Source: Yuukianura sp. NJ FZ-2021 (lineage: Eukaryota). Taken from it: 64,000 bases of DNA. Position numbers and translations under genes: made by a program. The DNA lies in assembly GCA_046563655.1 (NCBI GenBank), contig CM102285.1:4278001-4342000 (forward strand). Direction: 5' to 3'. The first letter of the stretch is position 1. Each line of letters starts with the position of its first letter. The notes under the pieces were generated by a model that ran no database searches, was not told the origin of the DNA, and saw only the letters and a program-made list of their open reading frames with translations. Of this stretch, positions 57,164 to 64,000 are shown in pieces.

Positions 57164-58920
57164 TTAATCGGTGAAATCTTTGCAGCAGTGTTCAGTGTTA
57201 CATGCAGAGGCAAGCGCCATAACGGCAATTTGTACTTCCATGGAAGTAGTTTCTCGTCCAACGCTGAGTCGAATCGTTCTTCGGGCTTCATTTTCAGTTA
57301 GCCCGGAAGCCATCAGAATTTCTGGCAAAATCAAAAAAAACTTGATGAGCAACTCGTGTGTTACGGCAGAATACATTCGCTTTAGTATATTTCTTTGGCA
57401 GCCCATACTAATTAATAGCGAACTTACTGGAAGGTGATGAAACAAATGAGTGACACGCTGCCCCCAAGCTAGCACATAGAACGCCTCCGCATTTCTGCAA
57501 AATGTCGTATCCTGTATTCCCTGTTGGGACAGCTACGCTCAGCGTATTTGGCAGTCGTGTATCGTAGGGCACTGAAGGCCATTCCTTCACTGTCTTGTAA
57601 TGGTCTTCACCAAAATTCACTTTTATGCCAGGGATCGTGCCCTATGATAGATTTAAAACGGAAGATTTAAATAACTTTTTAGAGAATTTGACCAATTATA
57701 GTCTCGGAATTAAGCTCACAAGCAAGCCTGTCTCCAGTCTACGGCGCATGTCTTTCATGTGTTGCTGGTACTCATGAAGGCGGTCGTTTTGCACTATAAG
57801 CTTACAAGCTGCGCCAAGACCTGCGATCATTACAGTATTTTCCGTTCCGGGTCGACAGTTCTTTTCCTGACCACCTCCGTGCAATAACGGAACTACCGGA
57901 ACTCCGCTGGCTTTATCCGCAAACAAAGCACCAATCCTCGGTCCGTAAAACTATAAATAGCACAAAAAAAATTACAAATTGCCTCATCACAAGTGATTCC
58001 CAATCATAACGATTTTATGTGTCTTACCTTATGACCAACGATTGTTGCATAATCTAGACATGCCTCGACGACGTTCACTGCCACTTTTCCAATTGATTGT
58101 GCCACATCGGAATGAAAAAAGATACGCGGAAGGCCATTCTTGAAACGGTCGTCGTTAATAACACGGAGCTTTGTCCCGATGTCCTGAATGGGAAATACTT
58201 GTCCAGTTTCATTATTGGCATGCATAATGGTTATCAGGCATGTGGACTCTTTGATTGAAGAAATGACTTGGTTGAACACGTTTAGAGCAGTGAACGGGTG
58301 AACGGGAACAACGGAAACCTCTGCGAACAAAAAGAATACTTTTAGCGAGTTGAGTTTTTAATTTCATCTTGTCTCCTCTGAGAGTTACTTTACTAACCAA
58401 TTAAACCACGCTTCTCCAAATCCTCTAAGCATTTCATAATTGAATCGTGTTCGACGCTGGATGTGATGACATGAGGTCTTCCCCTGACTTCTTTTCGGTT
58501 GGAGGTAGCCGATATGATCGCCATGTTGTTTGCCTACAAAATAAAAATACTGTTAAAAGTAACTACAAAATTAAAACAGCTGAAAAGTCTCCGTCAGCGT
58601 CAGTCAAAAAGTTTACGATTAGTAGGTACGATAGGAACGTGAAGACACACCTCAGTCCCGCCGGAAGTAAACACGATATGGTCTTTATCTTGTGCACCAA
58701 CAACCCGAGCAACACATTGCCTACTTTCTTCGATGTACTTCATTGCTCGAACTCCATAGCTATGATTTGAACTTGGATTACCCCACCCATACTTCATGAC
58801 CTCTTCCATCTTCTCGCGTACTTCCGCTGCTAAAGGTGTTGTAGAGTTGTAGTCAAGGTAGACCTCAGCTTCCGTAGCTGTTCCTCCATCTTCACAGCTT
58901 GATTCAAGTTGGTACGACAT
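57164..58920 (-). CDS. SCLY: Selenocysteine lyase (PLP-dependent class V aminotransferase fold), 6 exons, ~433 aa
   Basis: Exons 58920-58651, 58533-58398, 58320-58028, 57950-57720, 57641-57428, 57321-57164 join in frame. Motifs YLDYNSTTP, FTSGGTEANN, VEHDSI, TIVGHKFYGPRIGAL, GGGQEKNCRPGTENT, ASLGAACHS match SCLY rather than NFS1. Confidence 0.92.
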
Positions 58921-60289
58921 TTCAAAGTTTCAAAAACGTCTTCACTGAAGCACGTTGTAATTAGCAAAGCAAAGTCTTGGCAACATCAGCAAGTGACGAG
59001 TAGCGACTGCTAAAAAGATAAATGATAAAAGTTGTATTGTAATTGTAATATCCGTGTCTTTAATTCTAATAATAACAAATTAGTATTGGTCTTCAGTGTT
59101 CAGTGAAATGTACCACTACAAGATGACTTATTTACAAACCTTTCGTTTCAAGTGTCTTGTCTTGTCACATAAATAGGATGATCTTGTACAACACTTGAGA
59201 GTCTCTTAGAAGTTGAGAGACTCAAGATTGTGGAGCCCAGAATAGCTACTACTTAAGTAGCGTACTTAAGCTCCACTAGACACAAGTACTTGGTTCACTC
59301 TGAGTTTTTTCAGTACAAAATCCAAAGTTTCAGAGGATGTGCGGCGATGTTCAATGTTTCGTTAACAGTCCCCAGGTTATCACTCCCTCCCTGCTGTAAT
59401 TCCATGAACTCGATCGATTTTATAAAATTCAAAAACTCGTCACCAGAAAACCAAACCAACGCAAAACCTCCAACAAAAGAAGAAGAACGATGGTTAGCGC
59501 ATGGAAAAGTGAATGCTCGCTAACGCATGCGTTCTCATAGGATTCGCATATTTGACTCCGAAGTCCGAAGAAGGGAAAGCTCTGCTGCGGTCTGCGGTAA
59601 ATCCAAGGCAACTTAACAAAATGACACACCGCATTACTAATAAGGTAGTCTCACTGGCCGGGCGTTTTTTACATAGAGTTACCTGGACGATTTTTTGATT
59701 TTTTCTTTTAACTAGAGTGGACATGAGGCATTTTTTCAACAAAATTTTTGAAGCAAATTAAAAGAGGTTAAAAGAGGTAAAAAACCGCTTTCACCACAAG
59801 TTTAAGCACGGTTCTCACGACGAATTCCATTTTTTGAGAACTTATAATCTGCTATAAAATAAAATCTTGTGTGAACCAGGCTTAACTTTTATGAAATTGA
59901 GTAAGTTGTCAGGAGAAACGTCACAAAACATTTGCTTCAAAAATTTTGTTTAAAATGGTCCTAATGTCGCATCTAGTTAATAATTTTTTTGTTTGTTTTT
60001 AAAAATCTTTGGTTTTTTAATTGTTTTTTGCGAAAGTATATTATAGTATAGTGAGTGGTGCGGATTGTGTGTTTTTTACTTTTCTGTGACCTCATTTTCG
60101 TTGGGTTGGACTACAAAGTAAATTCATCCATTGTAACCACCCTTTGCAACCAATCATCCGACCTGTAGTTTATGAGGGGAGATCGACTGCTTTTCAACAC
60201 GATTTGCTGCAAGCTTTTTTTAAAAAACGCAACCAAAAATTCCTTGCTGAAAATCAAAACGAACATTTTCTGCAAGTTTTTTTCTTGCA

Positions 60290-60580
60290 GAAAATTGAGC
60301 CGCTGTTATAAAAAGCTTGCAGAAAATCGAGGCGTTGTTATAAGAAGCTTGCGGGAAATTGAGGCGTTGTTATAAGAAACTTGCGGAAAATCGAGCCGCT
60401 GTTATAAGAAACTTGCGAAAAATCGAGACGTTGTTATAAGAAATATGCGGAAAATCGAGGCGCTGTTATAAGAAAATTGAGGCGCTGTTATAAAAAGTTT
60501 GCGGAGAATCGAGGCGCTGTTATAAGACCATCGAGGCGCTGTTATAAGAAGCTTGCGGAGAATCGAGGTGTTGTTATAAT
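60290..60580. repeat. ~31-32-bp tandem repeat array (GTTATAAGAAGCTTGCGGAAAATCGAGGCGCT-like) inside left TIR, mirrored at ~61154-61445
   Basis: About 10 GTTATAA-anchored units, two of them shortened; mirrored in the right TIR. Confidence 0.9.
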
Positions 60581-60771
60581 TTCTAATGCCACATGCGCAC
60601 TCCACTCTCAGAGCATGGCAAGGCAGTCAGGGCCGTAACCTTTTGCGCTAGGATTCTCCATCCTAGTCTACACTTATGTGAAATAAACTGTTAACCCCCA
60701 GTTGCATTAGTTAGTTTGGCTCCAAACTACTAAATCATAATAAATTTAATAATATTAACTTTAACATTGCC

Positions 60772-61107
60772 ATGAGCCAGTTAACAGAATTAATCCTTAA
60801 TTCCCTTCATGAGTGCCTAGTTCTTCTTAATAACAACTGCTCATCCGACTTAATAGTTCAACGGCTAGAATCCATTCTCCTTGCATTAGACTCTAGTCAA
60901 GAGCCCTTATCCTGGAGGGAAATAGCAATGGATACTGTTCCTGCTGTCATCACAATTTTGTCGAGCGAAGACAACCAGCCCAGCAGAACACCAGGACGCC
61001 AACGAATTTCACTTCCTGTTGCTGACATTGAATACTTATTTTCAATTAAGTTCAAACAAAGAGAGGAGCGTAGGATGGAGAATCCTAGTAGAAGGTTACG
61101 GCCCTGA
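60772..61107 (+). pseudogene. Truncated N-terminus of an IS3EU-like transposase running into the right TIR
   Basis: PGRQRISLPVADIEYLFSIKFK resembles the GRPR...LEYLxSxxF segment preceding the HTH in IS3EU-like transposases (recalled, not searched); ORF then reads into TIR sequence; no DDE domain. Confidence 0.55.
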
Positions 61108-61772
61108 CTGCCTTGCCATGCTCTGAGAGTGGAGTGCGCATGTGGCATTAGAAATTATAACAACACCTCGATTCTCCGCAAGCTTCTTATAACAGCGCCT
61201 CGATGGTCTTATAACAGCGCCTCGATTCTCCGCAAACTTTTTATAACAGCGCCTCAATTTTCTTATAACAGCGCCTCGATTTTCCGCATATTTCTTATAA
61301 CAACGTCTCGATTTTTCGCAAGTTTCTTATAACAGCGGCTCGATTTTCCGCAAGTTTCTTATAACAACGCCTCAATTTCCCGCAAGCTTCTTATAACAAC
61401 GCCTCGATTTTCTGCAAGCTTTTTATAACAGCGGCTCAATTTTCTGCAAGAAAAAAGCTTGCAGAAAATGTTCGTTTTGATTTTCAGCAAGGAATTTTTG
61501 GTTGCCTTTTTTAAAAAAAGCTTGCAGCAAATCGTGTTGAAAAGCAGTCGATCTCCCCTCATAGTAGTTTAGATCAGTTTTAGGATTGGAAAATGGAATT
61601 ATACAAGTTCTACACTTATAGTTATGAAAAATTCATTACGACTCAATGGCAAATAGTTAATTTTGTGACAAATATCGAACACGAGTGACAAGTAGCACCT
61701 CAAGCAACAAAACTTACCTCAACCAACTTTTGCACAAATTTATCTCCTTGGATACCACCACCCCACTATATA

Positions 61773-62774
61773 CAGGGTGTGGCAGCCAAAAGTAGACACC
61801 TTGAATTCGTTGTCATGGGTAACCGCCTAAAATGTCGTAAATAATGGGGAAAGAATTTAGCCCAAATTCAAAAATTGTCAAAAGTCAGAAACCGAAATTT
61901 GAAATCCGTTTTGAGTTATCAGTTTCTTCTCCGTCTTCCAATTTCTTTCTGCAAAACCAAAATGCCGAATTATCCGCCATTCAAAGAGCAGAATTGTCTG
62001 CCATGTTGCTTTCAGCAACTAAGCTACAGAAAAGCCAGGGATTATTTTGCGTAACCTTATCTGAATCTGGTCAGTTCCGGCGATTCGGACACTCGAAATG
62101 GGAGTGAAAAAACAAGTCCAGTTGTGGAATTTGAATAATCGAATGCGGAATTGCTCGAAGCCTGCAACGAACGATGGAAATGCTGGCAGTGTTTTAGCCT
62201 TTGTGAATATGAATCCACACTCGTCACTGAGAGAAATGAGCGGTCATGCTGGAATCTTTGTGCGGTCAATCCGACAAATTATTAAGAAAGAAAAATTTCA
62301 CCCATAAAGTTCCTATAGGAACTTAATCTGTAAAGCATGTAGGGTGAACATTGTAAAGCATGTATACTGTAGACATGCTTTACAAAATGGAAATCCTGAG
62401 AACAGGATGGATTTCTGTGAGGGAATGCTGGATGTGTGTGACCGGGATCTTACTTTGACTTCCTAGATCTGATTGACTGATGTAGACACATTTTGCCTAA
62501 ATGGAAAGATGAACCATTATAACTTCCGGTGCGTTTTCTAAAAGTAAGCTTAACTTCCGATTAAGTAACTGTGTTTTAAAGTAGAATTTTATGGTCACTT
62601 TGAGAACCAAATCTAATTCGTTTAGTTTCAGTTAGAATAACGTACTTGTATTTTATCAGTAAATGTATCACAAATTTTCACTTTTTTGCGCTTCGGTGCA
62701 AGTTTCCCCCCAAAATTACGAAAATAAACAAAATATTTATAATCGAGGTGTCTACTTTTGGCTGCCACACCCTG
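61773..62774 (+). mobile_element. Tc1/mariner-superfamily remnant (rosa/DD41D-like), internally deleted
   Basis: Perfect 29-bp TIR CAGGGTGTGGCAGCCAAAAGTAGACACCT, TA TSD (61771-72, 62775-76). Disrupted transposase fragments NPHSSLREMS...IIKKEKFHP and RMDFCEGM...TDVDTFCLNGKMNHYNFR. Confidence 0.88.
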
Positions 62775-64000
62775 TACTTTCGCAAAAAACAATTAAAAAC
62801 CGGCTCGTGAGACTACCTTAAGGACGGCTTATTGTGGATTATTTAACACGAGTCGTTTCTGTTAACAACTGCAAATCCGGTTTCTGTTTAACAACAGACA
62901 TCGGCATATTTGTTCGTTTTCACACAAATCACTTAGCGGAGGAATCAGAGTGGAATACGGAGATTCGTTGTACCTTTCGTACAAACATTCAAAGAGTTGC
63001 CGATGTCTTGGTGATTTACTTCAATTCGAAATTAAACATCCGGAATTTTTACTCAGTTGGTAAAAACCGTGCCAGGGACCCTCAGGGTGGACTTAGAAAT
63101 GAGATTAATGGTATCAACATTTGTAAAAAGCGATTGCGGGGTTTTCTATAGGATAAAAAGTTAGAAATTCCATCTTTTAAACCTAGAAAACAACGATTAT
63201 TCGTTAACTACTTCTGCTTTATCGCCTGTAACTTTTAAACGAGCTAACGCTTTTAAGGTTTGATTCTATAGAATATCCCACCATGCTCTTCCGCATGTTT
63301 TGATACCTTACTTGACCTTCTACGTCGACCCTACGATTTTTAACTGACTTTAGAAAATGGTCAATTTTGAGTACTTATCAGACCTCTTCGTTGCCGAGCT
63401 AACAGAGCCTTAAGGAGGGACATCAGGTCAATAAAAATAACGTCAAAGAATGTTTTGCAGACATGGCAACGACTGGGAATTGAGAATTTACAACTGCGTA
63501 ATCATGAAAACCCCGAACGGGTGGATTTTTTACGATTGAAATTTTGCACAACTCAGCCTAACTCGCGAATCACTCCGTTAAATTTCAAATTTGACAACCA
63601 TTTGCGGTTTTTCTAAAACTGTTTGGAACAATAAATTCGGCAAAATGGCCACTCGATTTTTTAAGATTTAAATATCGTTTTATATCAACTTTTGGGTGTA
63701 GATTCCGAATCTGAAATCCATTTTTGGCGGTCACACCTCTTTCTTGGTAAGATTCATTAATTAAGATTCTAATGAGGATTTTACATACAGAATGAAATTT
63801 TTTATTATGTAACCAATGGAGATTAGAAATTGTTGCTGTTAAATGCTAACCAAACCTAACGCGCGCCTTCGGCGCGGGGGTATAACAAACTACAATTCTT
63901 GGTATCCATTGGTTACACTTGGAATTCTCATTCTCAGGTTGCCCCAACTCTTGGTGACGTAATACGAAATTGTAAATTGGAAACAAAAAAATCTTGAACT

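Larger units (their letters stand above)
60171..61563 (+). mobile_element. IS3EU-type DNA transposon, internally deleted, ~495-bp TIRs
   Basis: TIRs 60171-60665 and 61071-61563 nearly identical; termini TAT...ATA (TAY..RTA); 6-bp TSD GTAGTT at 60165-60170 and 61564-61569; internal ORF remnant. Confidence 0.8.
59644..62817. mobile_element. Kolobok-like non-autonomous TIR element hosting nested insertions
   Basis: Termini GGTAGTCTCACTGGCCGG (59644) and CCGGCTCGTGAGACTACC (ends 62817), 16/18 inverted match; flanks ATAA and TTAA; further inverted homology 60011-60038 versus 62775-62801. Confidence 0.6.

Noticed and set aside
57164..58920. NFS1/IscS or bacterial horizontal transfer
   Set aside because: VEHDS, VGHKFYGPR and GAACHS are SCLY-type; gene has five spliceosomal introns.
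60290..60580. CRISPR-like regular repeats
   Set aside because: Units are contiguous with no unique spacers, mirrored in TIRs, no cas genes, eukaryotic context; same applies to the 30.3-31.0 kb arrays.
60172..61562. Paired 67-aa ORFs (60172-60375/61359-61562; 60402-60605/61129-61332)
   Set aside because: Mirror-image by-products of the TIR tandem repeats.

Overview
AT-rich eukaryotic genomic DNA with GT-AG introns, most likely arthropod (scattered TTAGG motifs, a ZAD-like zinc-finger gene); no prokaryotic features, rRNA, tRNA or CRISPR seen. The left half is a largely non-coding landscape around a 3-exon SoxC (Sox14/4/11-type) gene whose first intron carries a dense nuclear-receptor/EcRE-like site cluster. 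The middle holds a canonical Helitron (about 27408-35911) with an intact intronless 1482-aa RepHel ORF, a divergently oriented 4-exon PHD-finger-like gene that the ORF track only shows in fragments, two minisatellites, and a 101-bp inverted duplication of its 3' terminus. The right half is a compact cluster of CK2 alpha, TRAPPC8, two C2H2 zinc-finger genes and selenocysteine lyase, followed by a nested transposon pile (Kolobok-like host containing an IS3EU derivative with ~495-bp TIRs and a Tc1/mariner remnant). All gene models were spliced by hand from GT-AG signals and frame continuity; no database search was run.
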